Positions 52,056 through 64,000 of a DNA stretch of 64,000 bases are shown here, piece after piece. The stretch is from Pseudovirgaria hyperparasitica (taxonomy: Eukaryota). The notes under the pieces were generated by a model that searched no databases, was not told the DNA's origin, and saw only the letters and a list, made by a program, of their open reading frames with translations. Within the stretch, counting starts at the first letter, position 1; each line of letters opens with the position of its first letter. The stretch is taken from the NCBI GenBank assembly GCA_010093815.1, contig ML996584.1; one strand, 5' to 3'. The translations under genes were made by a program, and so were the position numbers.

Positions 52056-52965
52056 TCACCAGCCCCCGTCATCCCCTCCATCATTGCCCCCAAAATCACC
52101 ACCATCCCCATCATCGTACCGCCCTTCCTCCCTCCCTTCATCATACGCATCATCAACCCTATCCCCAAACCCCTCCACATCACCGACCTTCCGCCCGGCC
52201 CACCCCGCCACATCCTCAGGCACGTCCTCGACATCTTGCACCGCATTATCCCAGCGCCTCTCCATGTCTTGCGGCACGTCCTCAACGTCCTGCACCGCAT
52301 TATCCCAGCGCCTCTCCACATCTTGCGGCACGTCCTCAACGTCCTGCACCTTGCGCCCTGTCCACTCAGCTGCGTCTTCGGGGAAGTTGGAGGCGTCGGT
52401 CTCGAGGTTGGTCATGTCGTTCTCAAGGCTGTGTTTCTCGCGGTTCCAGGAGGATTCTGTGGGGGTTTGGTGTTAGTTAGTTGTGGATGGAGGGGCATTG
52501 AGGGGATGTGAAGAGGGAGGGGAAAAACGGGGAGAACGCACGCATTTCCTCGCCTTCGTGCATGAGCAGTGCGCCGCCGACGACGCCGGCTGCTGCGGCT
52601 GCGCCATATTTGAGGCCGTTGTGCTGGTTATGCGTGTTGTGGCGTGGGTTTTCGGGGTAGGGGTTTGCTTGTTGGGGCTGTTGGGTGTAGTTTTGGTTGT
52701 AGCCGCCTTGGTTGTAGCCGCCTTGGTTGTAATTGTCTTGATTCTGGTATCCAGGGCCTGGGTAATTGAATGTTCGCTCACCGGACTGCTGGTTAACGAA
52801 CAGCCAGCGTGCATCGCGGGAGTCCCATTCGGCGTACCACGGAGGGGAGACGGGCGGTGGGGGCCCGTTTGGGCCACCACTGCCACCGCCGCCACTGGAG
52901 TGTGAATTGCCGTGAGAGCCGTGATGGCCTGTGAATTCAGATATTACGTCTTTGAGGAACGACAT
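52056..52965 (-). CDS. WW-domain protein with Q/N/Y/G-rich linker and acidic tandem repeats
   Basis: PPWYAEWDSRDARWLFVNQQSGERTFNYP (WW-like). Intron 52457-52541 joins it in frame to the 119-aa repeat ORF. Confidence 0.85.
52219..52350 (-). repeat. 54-nt coding tandem repeat, ~2.5 copies
   Basis: GGCACGTCCTC recurs at 52219, 52273 and 52327; the unit encodes VQDVEDVPQD(V/M)ERRWDNA. Confidence 0.9.
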
Positions 52966-54153
52966 TGTTGGTTGCTATGATTTGAAGGAGACGGCGAACG
53001 TGAAAAGGATGAAGTGAAGATTATGATCTGAGTCTGGCTCTGTAGATGAGAGGATGGTAAGTGGATTATAGAGGGGACCGAAGTGGATGGATCCATATAA
53101 AGAAGCTAAAATGGAGCATTACGTCGCCCTGCAGGCCCAACGCCAGACCCAACAACCATTGATTTGCAATCCACCGCGCCGGCCAGAGGGACTAGATCTA
53201 AACACCAGCTGCTTCTGTAGTGTAGCACCCGTGGACACACGCATTCGTGGCGGTGCATATGTCTAACCCGGCGATGCACAACAGGGTCTCAGGGGATCTA
53301 GATGCGCCGCCGCCGTCCCGGCTTCCCGCAAAGCTTAAGCTTGGGCTGTCTCGGCTGTCACGGGCGCCCCCTGACGTCTGATGTGCCGCGTGTTTTAGCG
53401 CTGCGTCTCGCGGCAGTCAAGGGGCGGTCCAGACTTCTGTATCGTGGCCCCTCTTGTGCATATATGTCGCATTCTAAACTTTGGAGGACGGCAGTCAGTC
53501 TATATCACCACGAGCAGCATGTTCCAGCTTCTTGGCTAAGAATATATCTACGGTGATAGCTACAGTTCTGAATACTTGATGGCACGCAAGATGTGTGAGA
53601 GTCAGTCACATAATACGCCGTGTCTAGGGAATTATGATGCCTCCGTTAACATCAGAAATCATTGACATCAATATAGAAGTTTTGAATAGTCTGCGTGTAT
53701 CTGAGAAGTTATTGTCCGCTCTGATGCTAAAGATGAAGACGAAATTTTGATTAATCGCGTGTTCGGGCTATTTCAAAGACGACGCGATGCTTTCAGTCAG
53801 TTCTTGTACATGGACTCATCTCTGCTGAAATAGGAGCATGTCTGAAGTCGTTCGCAAGAGTGCTATCTTGTTTGTTGGACGTTCTAGGACTTATGTAAAA
53901 CGACCGCGTCTATATAGTGCCTGCATGCGTTCATATGGTGGTATCACGTGCCCTGGGTGAACCCTTGTGTTTGGTCTACGTCATCATGAGACTTTGGCAG
54001 GGCAGGCGCAGCTTACCTGCCTGTAGTATATCAAGTGCCATCTTTGGCTTTGCCTTGACTTCACACAGTCACACTTCAGCAATTAACTCACACTTCGGCA
54101 ACCACATAACACCCTCAAAGCAAACACATAACATACTCGAAACACTTATCAAG

Positions 54154-54463
54154 ATGCCTCACCTCCCACAGGAAGAAGAAGCCGGCTCCAGTATGCCCCA
54201 CCAGTCTCTCTCTGTCCAAGTATCATATCCTGACGCATTCGTAGACTTGACCGATAAGGTAGCCCAGGGTTCCAAAGACTCGACCGCATCTACTCACGAG
54301 CTTCATGCGGATGCGCACAAGGCCGCTCCGGTACGTACAGCGTCAGTGCAGTATCTCCACTCGTGCTGACATCACACAGGGGATCACGATCAACCAAGAC
54401 CTCCCACCCAAAGCTACCAAGGAGGAGCTGAAAGCCCGTTCAGAGGAGCTCAATAAGAAGTAA
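54154..54463 (+). CDS. 68-aa hydrophilic microprotein, three exons
   Basis: Introns 54191-54244 (GTATGC..CTGAC..TAG) and 54331-54379 (GTACGT..CTGAC..CAG) give MPHLPQEEEAGSNLTDKVAQGSKDSTASTHELHADAHKAAPGITINQDLPPKATKEELKARSEELNKK*. CA-rich leader and AAGATG start context. Confidence 0.8.
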
Positions 54464-54529
54464 AAGAGCAAACATGACGAAGGGTGTATAGCAATCAAAT
54501 GCATTAGTCTTTGAGACGATCCAGTGCTA

Positions 54530-55405
54530 TCATGGCGACACCTCCTTCGCGTCCCAGTCCCAACATCTCCCCCTACTCTCCTCAACCTTCTTTGCCTTCT
54601 CCCTCAACACGTCGATCAAGCGCTCAGCCACCCACTCCCGCTCAAACAGCTTCTCTTTCTTCACACTGCCCCAGAACTCCTTGCTCAGCCCAGTTTTCAC
54701 CGTGCCTGGATGCAAGCCCACAGAGAAAGCCTCATCCCCGGCTTTTGTCCTCAAATAGTTGTCAAAAGTCTTGACAACCTGATTTATAGCTGCTTTTGAC
54801 GCACGGTAGCTGTACCACCCGCCCAATTTGTTGTCTGTTATGCTACCCACGCGCGCGCTCATGAGTGCCATTATCGCTGCGCTAGGGAGCCCTTCCACCT
54901 CACTGGCCGAGGTGTTGTTTATCTGCTTCGTAGGCAAGAAGTGCTCAAAGTGCTTCAGCATGAGGAGCGGACCAAGGGTGTTCGTGCGGAACGTGAGGAG
55001 CGCGTTGTCGGCGTCGATCTGACGGGGCGATTTCTCAGGAAAGAGGATCCCAGGTATAACCAAGCCCAGATGCAAACCATTCCCCTCCTTCACAGGGAAC
55101 AGATCCTCGCACCGCGACGACGCGGCCTCGATGCTACTCTCGTCTGCATCTTTTGTCAGTAATAATCCACAAACGCTCCCAACCCCCCACTCCAACAATC
55201 CCCTCGACTCACCCAGAACATCGCATTCAAGTACATGCAGCCGGCCCTCGTCCGCACCTAGCCCATCAAGCAGCTGCTCCTTGACAACGTCGCGGTCCTT
55301 ACGGACAGTCGCAACGACTGGCACGCGCGACGTTTGCAGGATGTGCCGCGTCAATGCGAAGCCGATGCCGCGGCTGGCAGGCGAGACTAGAGCCCACGGT
55401 GCCAT
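54530..55405 (-). CDS. Short-chain dehydrogenase/reductase (CsgA/C-factor-like)
   Basis: SPASRGIG, MSARVGSITDN..GGWYSYRASKAA (YxxxK) and LHPGTVKT. In-frame intron 55144-55212. Confidence 0.92.
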   Translation of the reverse strand: MAPWALVSPASRGIGFALTRHILQTSRVPVVATVRKDRDVVKEQLLDGLGADEGRLHVLECDVLGESRGLLEWGVGSVCGLLLTKDADESSIEAASSRCEDLFPVKEGNGLHLGLVIPGILFPEKSPRQIDADNALLTFRTNTLGPLLMLKHFEHFLPTKQINNTSASEVEGLPSAAIMALMSARVGSITDNKLGGWYSYRASKAAINQVVKTFDNYLRTKAGDEAFSVGLHPGTVKTGLSKEFWGSVKKEKLFEREWVAERLIDVLREKAKKVEESRGRCWDWDAKEVSP

Positions 55406-55816
55406 TGTGGGAAGTAGAAGGATGTGTTCGGGTCGCGAGGTGCCACTTGGCGTGCGACTGTGTGTAGGACGGTTTACATGGCTGGAGGAAGGGTGGTTTG
55501 GAGAGATTGGCTGGTGGTAATTATGAATAGGGAGGAGGAGGATGGTGATGTAAGGAGAAGTATGGTGGTGATGCGTTGATTACACTAATTCTGCTAGACT
55601 GTGTGTGGGCCGCGCTGGTGTGGGTACTCGTCAGAGCGTGGTGCGTATTTTGTGTCCTGCATATGGATAGATGGATTGCATACCCGATGTGGATGGATGC
55701 TTGTTTACATCAAACACACACAATACACCCAGAAAGCCTTCACAGCTCCTTCTCCTCCTACCACCCCTCAAACTCCATAGTCTTGCCTCCCCCTATCCCA
55801 AACCCCAAGCACTCCT

Positions 55817-56185
55817 CTACGCCGCCCCCTCCGCCCTCTGCCCCGTATAAAACGCCAACCCATACTCCTCCGTCCGAAACGTGATCGTGGCACCCTTCGG
55901 AAAGAAGAACACATCCCCCGGCCGCGCACTCACGCTCTGGCCCGTCTCATCCGCAATCTCGAAGCTGCCCTCGAGGATGATCTTGCACTCGTGGTAGGTG
56001 TAGGTGTAGACGAGCGGGGCGCCCTTTTCGAGCCGGTAGAAGCCGCAGCTGATGGGCTTGTCGGCGTCGAGGTGTTGGCTGGAGGCGACGTCGCCGAGGA
56101 AGGCGTTGGCTTGGGTGGGGAGGACGGGTGGTTGGAAGGTTTTTTGGGCGTTGGGGAGGTGCGTCATGGGTTTGGGGGTGGTCAT
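55817..56185 (-). CDS. Cupin, EutQ/DUF861-like
   Basis: PISCGFYRLEKG.PLVYTYTYHECKIILEG...PGDVFFFPKGATITF. Confidence 0.88.
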   Translation of the reverse strand: MTTPKPMTHLPNAQKTFQPPVLPTQANAFLGDVASSQHLDADKPISCGFYRLEKGAPLVYTYTYHECKIILEGSFEIADETGQSVSARPGDVFFFPKGATITFRTEEYGLAFYTGQRAEGAA

Positions 56186-56904
56186 TGTGGGAGGAGGTTT
56201 GTGAGGGGTTGGGTTGGGGGTGTGTTTTTCTGGGGGGAAGGGGTTTTGAGAGGGTGGTTATTCTGTGGACTGGATGGTGGTGGTGTGTATATAGATATTG
56301 TAATTATACGTATAGGTCCATGTATATATATATATATCTCAGCATACATATATAGCTGCTTGTCAGCCCCCTCATCCCCGCTGTTGGGAAAGATTATCTC
56401 AAAGAAGAGCATCGCAGTGTTCTACCACTCATTGTCTAGCCATTTATGGACGACTCTTTAGGAGGTTGACTGTAAGATGTCTTTGATTGTTATGTGCTGG
56501 GACTAATAGTCCTTGAGGCTTGAGTGGAATGCATGGAGCGTTTAGCTTTGCCCAATTAGGAAATCGAATGCTGCTTCTTACGGAACGCGTATTGGTCGAG
56601 GGACAGTATCTAGCCTTCTGTGACCCGAGTCATTGACCATTATGATAGCGATAGTAGCGACAAGTAGATAAGATATAGTTGCCTCTGCCAGCATAGGTAT
56701 CGGTCCTGCGCAAGTGTTGCACCTCCAAATTTTACATTATATCTTCAACGAATACAACAACGGAAAGAGTCTAATTTACACTTGGTGTAATCCAATTATA
56801 TTACACATTTATCATATTACTCAAGGGAATTATGTACTGTCCAAGGAATGTGTACAATAAAGTTATCGTATTTTTTACACCTTTCAAAGGCATAGAGAGG
56901 GTCA

Positions 56905-57893
56905 TCATGAGAAGCGCGCCCCTTGCGGCTTCTTAGCCCCGCCTCCCAGCACATTTTCCACCGTTGCAAGGGGCCCAAAGAGGTCCTTGTAGCTGTCTGC
57001 AGCGAGCGTGAGACCCTCCGGCACAGCCTCTCCACTAGAAGCAGCCAAAGGCAAGATCATAGCACCGAGGCTGAACAGCGTGACGGGCTGCGGGTTGGGC
57101 CTCCAGCCGAGATCATACGGCAGCTGCTCGCGCTCAAACAAGCTGCGGATGTAGTCGATGTTGGTGACGCCGGAGATGGTGTCGTTGCCCATCGTCTGCA
57201 GGTACAGTCCCGTCTCGCCGTAGGAAAGGATGAACTCGCGAATGCCGTAGATGAGGTCCGGGTTGTTGGCCTTTTGGGTGTTGAAGCGCTTGATCTTGGC
57301 CTTTGCGGCGGATTGGATGTTGGTGTACTTTGCGTCGCCGAACGAGGAGATAAACTCCTCGAACACGCCGCTGTTGAACACCCGTTGGTTGCCCAGACCG
57401 GCGTCCTGGCGGGACAGGGAGACATCGTGTCTGCGTCATGTTAGCGGCCTGATGCCTTTCCTATCGTTGTGAGATGGGTTGACTTACTCAATGGGGAAGT
57501 TGTGGAGTGCGAGATCGTCCAGATCGAAGGTGCCTCCGACCGGATTTGGTGACGCCAGAAGACCAGCGGCGAAGATGGCGAGCGTGAAGTCTGGGCCGAT
57601 ACTCAGGCCAGCCAAGCTGCCTTCGAGCACCTCTGGCAGGGTCAACTTCCGGCCACTTCGGTTGATGAATCCGTGATTTGCCAGCGTATTCAGACCAGGA
57701 CAAGGTCCACGGACTGTAGATGCATGTTAGCGACCACGAGATTGGAGACATTGTCATATCTCTACATACCGTCATTCGGCCCTGGAGCAGCCCACTGTTT
57801 GAATCGTGGATCATCTGTAGAAAGTCCAAGAAGAGCCCAGGAGCACTGAAGGAGTGACAGCAGCAATGTTGTTGTCTGAATCGAGCCGAACAT
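56905..57893 (-). CDS. Heme-thiolate peroxidase / short unspecific peroxygenase (chloroperoxidase family), secreted
   Basis: Introns 57714-57769 and 57431-57487. Signal peptide, RGPCPGLNTLANHG (proximal Cys), IEHDVSLSRQD and SYGETGLY. Confidence 0.92.
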
Positions 57894-58900
57894 GGTGACT
57901 ATCTTGAACACGCAGTATCAGTTGGACAACGAGGTGCAATGGTTGCTGCTGGATGACCAGACTCGTTTATAGGGCAGACAGCCCATTTTGAGTAATGTCT
58001 GATTAGTCTTCACATTCACATACTAGCAGTAGTTTCTCTCTACTGCTATACTATAGCCTCGGATGATGATATTGGATCAGGGATGATGGAGTGGCGGACA
58101 AGGTGGAGCCACGCCGATCACTACAATGAGCTTAAAATCCTTAAATGGCCTGACGTGCACTAACTGACCAATGACTGCGCTCGCTGATGCGGGGTTTAGG
58201 CTCTGATTTGAAACCGAGGGCGCTGATTGGTCCGTCTTTCTCCTCCCTTTCTGTCTCTACCTCTCTACGTTTCTGGAATCCCAAGCTTCTTCCTCCAGTC
58301 CGGACATGCGCGACCTCACGGAACAGTAACAATACACTCCAAACACAGACTTAGTATCATGGGTGCTTCAGCCTTATCGATAACAATTATTGAAGATATG
58401 TCACTGCTACCGTCTCGTTGCTCGTGTTGTCCCTTGGGCCTGCTGGGGTTGATGGAATCATACTTCGAGCCTGTTTGGCGTACGCAAAGATGCTTGTCCT
58501 TGGCTCTCTCTAAGGGAACGCCATCGCCATAAAGTGTCAGTATCGCCATCGTTAGCGGGTTGAGACCGCCGCACGGATCAAATGCCATCCGCTCGCTCTC
58601 TAGGCTACATTGGTCCGTAGTCACCTACACGTTTGTTCACTATAATCGTTCCTCTCATTTAGCGTCGATTGTCAGAATCATAAATATATTTTCGAATATA
58701 TTACTCGTGTGTCATTGTTGATGTGGCTCAAAACGTCTATACCTGCTGGTCAGGGATCCGCCCGTGGAAGCAGGTACTATAATCTATCTGAAACGTCAAG
58801 CGATCGTAAGCTAGTAGGGAACCATGCCGGAGATTGCCTACGCTATGATATTGTACACCAATGTAGGTACCTCTAAATGCGTGTATGATGCTCTATCATT

Positions 58901-60677
58901 TCATCGCAACAGCCCTGCGCTTTCCTCGGCAGGACTTTCTATTTCGAATTCTTCATCTTCATCTTCTGTAGAATCGTCGCCCCACCCCTCGGCTTCCAGA
59001 TCGACCCCACGAATGCCAAAGCTTAGGAGAAAGCCAAGAAATGCAACACCTCCGAACAGCCCAAATGCAAGTGCTTCGCCTTTGGGTTCTATCTTGGTCG
59101 ATGCGGTAAACAAGGCGCCGGATATGAAGGGACCAGCGGCTCTGCCCGCCGCAGAGAGCGTCTGAGCCAGACCGTTTAAAGTTCCCAGCACAGAGTGATT
59201 CGGCGCTGAATTCGTGATCTGCTCATAGTCAGTGCACACATCCGACGTCGATTAGTCTGGAACGTACCAGTAAAAGCGCTGACGTCAACCCGCCGACAGT
59301 TGCAACTGTCTTGACAATGAGGACAAACCCGAGCTCGATCCATAGCCATACTTTCCCACTACCCAGCCCAGTGCCATTGTCGCCATCCTTGTATCCCACC
59401 CACGGCATCAACAAGAAGGCAACAGCGAATGTAACGAGACTAATTCGGTAGGTGGTCTTGTTACCAATCTTCTCCCTAAGCTGTCCATATATGCCGACCT
59501 GGAACACAATAGTGATTATGCCGGCGAAACTGAGAGACAGGCCAATCTCTTCGGGAGAAAGGTTACGTCCCGCTGGAGGTTCGGCTTGAGCAAAGACTGG
59601 GTACAACGAGTTATACGCGATATTCGAAAGCTGAAAAATGAAATATGTGCACATGATCAATATCGTGTCGCGGTTTAGGACCTCGCTACGTGTGAGCTGC
59701 GTGTCATTTGAGGTCGTGAATATCGGAGTCGAATCTGAGTCATCCTCCTCTTCGTCAATGCTCCCACGATCGTCATTCCCATCAACGCGAGATGTTCTGC
59801 GCTTTCCCATAGAACGACGCATGTAGCTTGGTCGGCTCGAGCTTGTAAATTGCCAGAGCCACGAGAACAGGTTTTCAATTCTCTTCCCTAGCGGTGGCAG
59901 TTCTCGGGCTTCATCTAGGCTCTCTTCAAGGAAGAACATTGCCAGTATTAGATCTACTAGCAGGACTGCCGTGGCAAAAATATTAGGGAATAGGTAGGGG
60001 TACGGATTGGGTTGAGAGGGGTGGAAAGGATCCTTCTTGAAGACGAGAAGACCGCCGACAAGCGGCCCGGTAATGGCCCCTAGTCCATATACTACCGGGA
60101 GGTATGTAAAAGCACGCGATTGATTGCTCCGGTCTGTGATCTCTCCCAAGCAGGTCGACACAACGCCCTGGTTGCCGTTGACGAGACCCATAAAGACCTG
60201 GACGATTATAGCTTGCCATAGTGTGCGGCAGAATCCGAATGCAATGAAGCACGCGGCTGTCAAGAAAGTGCCCAGTAATATGACAGGCTTCCTCCCAATC
60301 TTGTCTGACAGCCATCCCCAGAAGAAATTTGTAGCGAATTGAGCGAGAGCGAACGAGGACGCAATCAAGCCAACGTACAACCCGACCTGACCATCCTTGA
60401 CTTCCGGAAACGTCGATGCCATGTCAGGTAGATAAGGGCTTATTGAATTGAAGGCAGTCTGCTCAGCCAATGCTATTACAGCCAACATAGCCAATTGTTT
60501 CTTGGGTAATGGGGTTTCGTGATGGCCATCGCCGTGTTCGGAATCAGCGCCCGATGCATCGTCTCCCGAAGTCGACTGCGACGGGGGAGGAGGACCGCGG
60601 GATGTTGGAGGTTTCGTAGGAAACGTATGGTAGTGAGGCGTGCTGGCTTTGCGTCGAGGCCCCGTTGGTGGCTTCAT
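58901..60677 (-). CDS. MFS transporter (DHA1/drug:H+ antiporter-like)
   Basis: Motif A WGWLSDKIGRKPV and multiple hydrophobic helices. Intron 59219-59267 joins the C-terminal exon (ITNSAP..LGTLNG). Confidence 0.92.
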
Positions 60678-62757
60678 CGTGTATTCAACGGCCGCGCGGC
60701 GAGAGAATGGAAGGTCTGCCTGTTCGAGGCAAGCGAAGAAACACGAACTAACAACTTCATAGAGAAGATTAATGCGAGAGGAGAGATGCAAAGGTGCTAA
60801 GTATGGAGCAGGGATGAGGCCATCTGAAGTGATTGCAGAAGCATGGATATGGAGAAAGCTTCCACTGGCGTGGTGTTGAGGGTCCTTGGCATCCGCTATG
60901 ACCTCAGAGTTCCCCAGGTTATTCTAGACCCCCTGGTCACCTCAAGACCATGCGTAGTTCACATCCTGGTAAAACATGTCATCATCTAATTACACGATCG
61001 CCTTATATTGCACTCGTGACCACTCAATATGCTGACCTCATGCCATTAGTGATTATACGTGCACGTTGTTTATGAGCAGTGCTGGTGTATTCATCCATGG
61101 TGATGTACTATCCTGGTATCTGCCTGTCGCTGATTGGGCGTTTTCGTGCCTATCTCACCCTTGACAATTTTCTAGAAATAGTATGACACGATATAGTGTA
61201 GTATCTAAGGTCTAGACTACGTACAACAGGAGAAGCGTACCGAGCTGCTCAACTGGCCATGTTAAGGTATGTCTCTAAGTCAAACAGCCTTTTGATCACT
61301 CAGAATGGAAAGGAAACTCTAACCATCGCTCACTCCTGTTTACATGATCATAAAACTGAATGTCTGTCATCTCCTCGTGGCCTTCACAGCGTTTCATTCA
61401 ACCGTCTTGGATTTACTTTTCTTCCTCTGGCGTCGAAGGATTTGGCCGCCATGCAAAAGGAGGGTAACATGGCAGTGTTCATGTGGTCACAGTCTCTATG
61501 GATCTGGTAGCTGATCATTTCGCGATGCTATTTCCTAGACCGATCGTGTCGCCGTGGTTGTAGTGGACGGTGTTATCAATACATCATACTGTATAGTCGT
61601 CTAGAATCCATTGTGCAACGGCTGTTCCTCCAACGCCGACGACACAATTGTAAGATACTTCAAAATCAACATCAGAAAAGGGCGGAGAGTCCGGCAAAAT
61701 GTCATTCCCATTACAGACGGATTGGAAACGATCTTCAACAAGACCTCCTAAATCAACAGAGATGTAGCAAACATCACAATCCGAAAATCTATAACTGGAC
61801 AAGGTCAAGAAACACACAGTTGCGGCAATCTCATGCAGACAGAGGATGGTGTCTTTCGAACTCTATCCATCGACAACAAGACATGGGATCCAAAAGTCAA
61901 AGGGGTCGACGTTAATTGTAAACAACGTCGTCTACAGCTGGGAAGGTGACTGCGGATACATTTGCCGGCGATTCTAGCGTACAAACACATGCAAGACTCA
62001 TCGAGGCTACTTTATGTGTGACCCATCCATGTCCGTCACGGCGTACACGCATGGCAATACTAATGCCTAATGTCTAATGGACACGTTGGGAACGATTATT
62101 ACAATGTTGATCAAGATAGAACACTAAATCGGAAGTTTTTGGAGACTTCATTGAGCGACTATGGCGGTATGGTCATTATGACATGCAACTATAATCACCT
62201 GCTGCTGCTGACGAAGATCTCTTCGTCCCTCAATACTGTCCCATACGTGCTAGATTTTGTTGTTGGTGACGCGAGGGTTGGGACATAGTCGACAGTTGCC
62301 TGGTCACTGCGGTCAAGTCAAGGGGTAAGACTGGTGAGTCGAATTCGGATGGAGATGCTAGTCCGGTGAGTGGCCCAGGTATCATTGTTAGAGGAACGAG
62401 AATACTGGAGACTGGCGGTGACTGGAGTCTAGACAGCACAGAGAGCGATTAGGCCGCGAATGAAGATACAGAGGACAGTATACGTAAGAAGTAGGCGGTC
62501 CACACGTATATGGACTGTAAATGTTGAATATTCTCTGGCTCACAGATCTTGAGGCTCGGGTCTCTGATACTTTGGGAACACATTACAGCTCACTCGTCCA
62601 CAGTCAGAATCGTGAAAACGATACGCTTGCCCACCCTTTCATCAGTACCAGCGGCTAAGGAAGCAGATTTCCTTGGTCATGTGTTTGTCTGAAAACTTGA
62701 CATGGATCCCTTTCAGATCTCAGGCGATATCTCTTTAGTTCCTGGTCGAGTACAATC

Positions 62758-64000
62758 TTAAAGCGCAACATCGTCAAATTTCTCGTTGTCTGGTGTATCC
62801 GTACCGCCTTGCTGTTTAGTCCTCACGGGTATATGACCTGCTTCTGATGCCTTCTCATCATAATCATCCGTCTCTGTACCATTTGAGTCCTCATCGTCAT
62901 TGTCTGGGCCCTCTTCACCATGTGAACTTGAGGGCTTGACATCCTCAACACGTGCTTTAGGTTCTTCGGTGGCGGTCTTGGGTTCAGGGGGTGCATCTGT
63001 CTCGTCCGTTTTTGGTGGAGGTGGTGGACCCTCTTCGTCATCTTCGCTCTCGACGTCATCCTCCTTTGCCGTGCCTGCTGCAGTCGTTCTGTCCGGGGTT
63101 GGCGGTGTCACTTCTGTGCGGGGGCTTGGCTGTGGTGATTTCTGCTGCTGCTGTTGTACTCCAGGGCCAACTTGTCGTAGTCGTGGATCAGCATTCAAGT
63201 AGTAGCCTCTCACACCCACTATCCGTCCTTCTCTTTCGCAGCCGATAAGCCAGTCTGGAACCACCACTGGTACATTCGTCTCCACAGCTCTTTCCCACAA
63301 TTGTCCTCGCCCTTCTGTGCACACAAAGTGTGTTGTGTCAATACGGACTTGGTCGACAATCTTGGCTCCGATCTTCTCAGCCGTCTTGTGCAGGCTTTCT
63401 TTCAGTTGTGCAGGCATCACACCAGGGGTAATAGTGATACCACTAAGTTCCGTCATCTTGTGGGTCCTGACTGTCAGGCGCTCCGAATTGAATGTCCCGG
63501 CGGATGTTCTCAGGACTAGATGGAACGTGTACTCTGTGTCCACAGCTAGTCCACTTATCTTCGTGGAGAGCGTTTCCGTCGGTCTAGGTATCGTGCCCGC
63601 CTTGCTGCCATTTCTATAGAGACTTAAGCTTCTAAGAGAGGCGGTAGCAATGTCCACTGGGTCCCATTCCAGAACTACTGATGTCTGCGTTGCATTGCGA
63701 CAGCGTAGGACGGGAGGTGAAGGTGCGCGCTGACCAAACGTACGGAAGATGGTATTCTGCAGGTTGCTGAAGGCTGAATCGGCTGCAGCCTCGGATTGAA
63801 GGTTGCGCGCAACGGTGATGTCGACTATCGATCCGGAGGATATATCTGGCGGTAGCAAGATGGAAGGAAATTCAATCTATGTAATCATTTGATCCTGTTA
63901 GAAGAGTGCTTAGAGTAATAGTACTTCACCCAGCTGTGTACTCACCAGCCGCTTGTCCTCTGTAAGCAGTACGGCAACACCAGCGTCAACTTTGCCGACG
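62758..64000 (-). CDS. CHS5: Chs5 exomer subunit (FN3 + BRCT); start lies just beyond the window
   Basis: VGKVDAGVAVLLTEDKRL|IEFPSILLPPDISSGSIVDITV (intron 63877-63945), FN3 (RNATQTSVVLEWD), BRCT (IDTTHFVCTEGRG) and an acidic tail. Confidence 0.95.

Noticed and set aside
52219..52350. Repeats with RR sites as a KEX2-processed repeat/RiPP precursor, or as a CRISPR-like array
   Set aside because: No signal peptide, no DUF3328 neighbours and no unique spacers; it is a coding tandem repeat.
61250..62450. Short protein-like ORFs between the MFS gene and CHS5
   Set aside because: No consistent spliced model or recognisable domain could be built.
63877..63945. Alternative acceptor (63895) or nested intron in CHS5
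   Set aside because: That AG abuts the CTAAC branch point and would introduce a stop; the distal AG restores the conserved KRL|IEFPS.

Overview
Eukaryotic DNA from a filamentous ascomycete (Pezizomycotina), judged from short GT-AG introns with CTRAC branch points and recognisable fungal orthologues. Gene models were spliced by hand, and family assignments come from remembered motifs, not database searches. The window holds about 19 protein-coding genes: a partial GH72 glucanosyltransferase, an Fmp46-like protein, a large RRM protein, a Nup53/35-type nucleoporin, an F-box-like protein, a Gin4/Hsl1-type kinase, a C2H2 transcription factor, an amidohydrolase, a CYTH phosphatase, a small secreted Cys-rich protein, a secreted GMC oxidoreductase, a WW-domain repeat protein, a 68-aa three-exon microprotein, an SDR, a cupin, a heme-thiolate peroxidase/UPO, an MFS transporter, a partial Chs5 and one doubtful orphan ORF. 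There is also an intron-containing tRNA-Lys(UUU). Two non-coding blocks stand out. The first is a 13.8-kb microsatellite-rich spacer between the divergent kinase and C2H2 genes; both genes have long AUG-free leaders, with uORFs on the kinase side and a candidate GUG-initiated extension on the TF side. The second is a ~13-kb zone of decayed genes around the tRNA, with an Acr-2-like TF pseudogene, a PMP3-like relic and one intact effector/toxin-like gene. I saw no CRISPR array, intact transposon or PKS/NRPS backbone.
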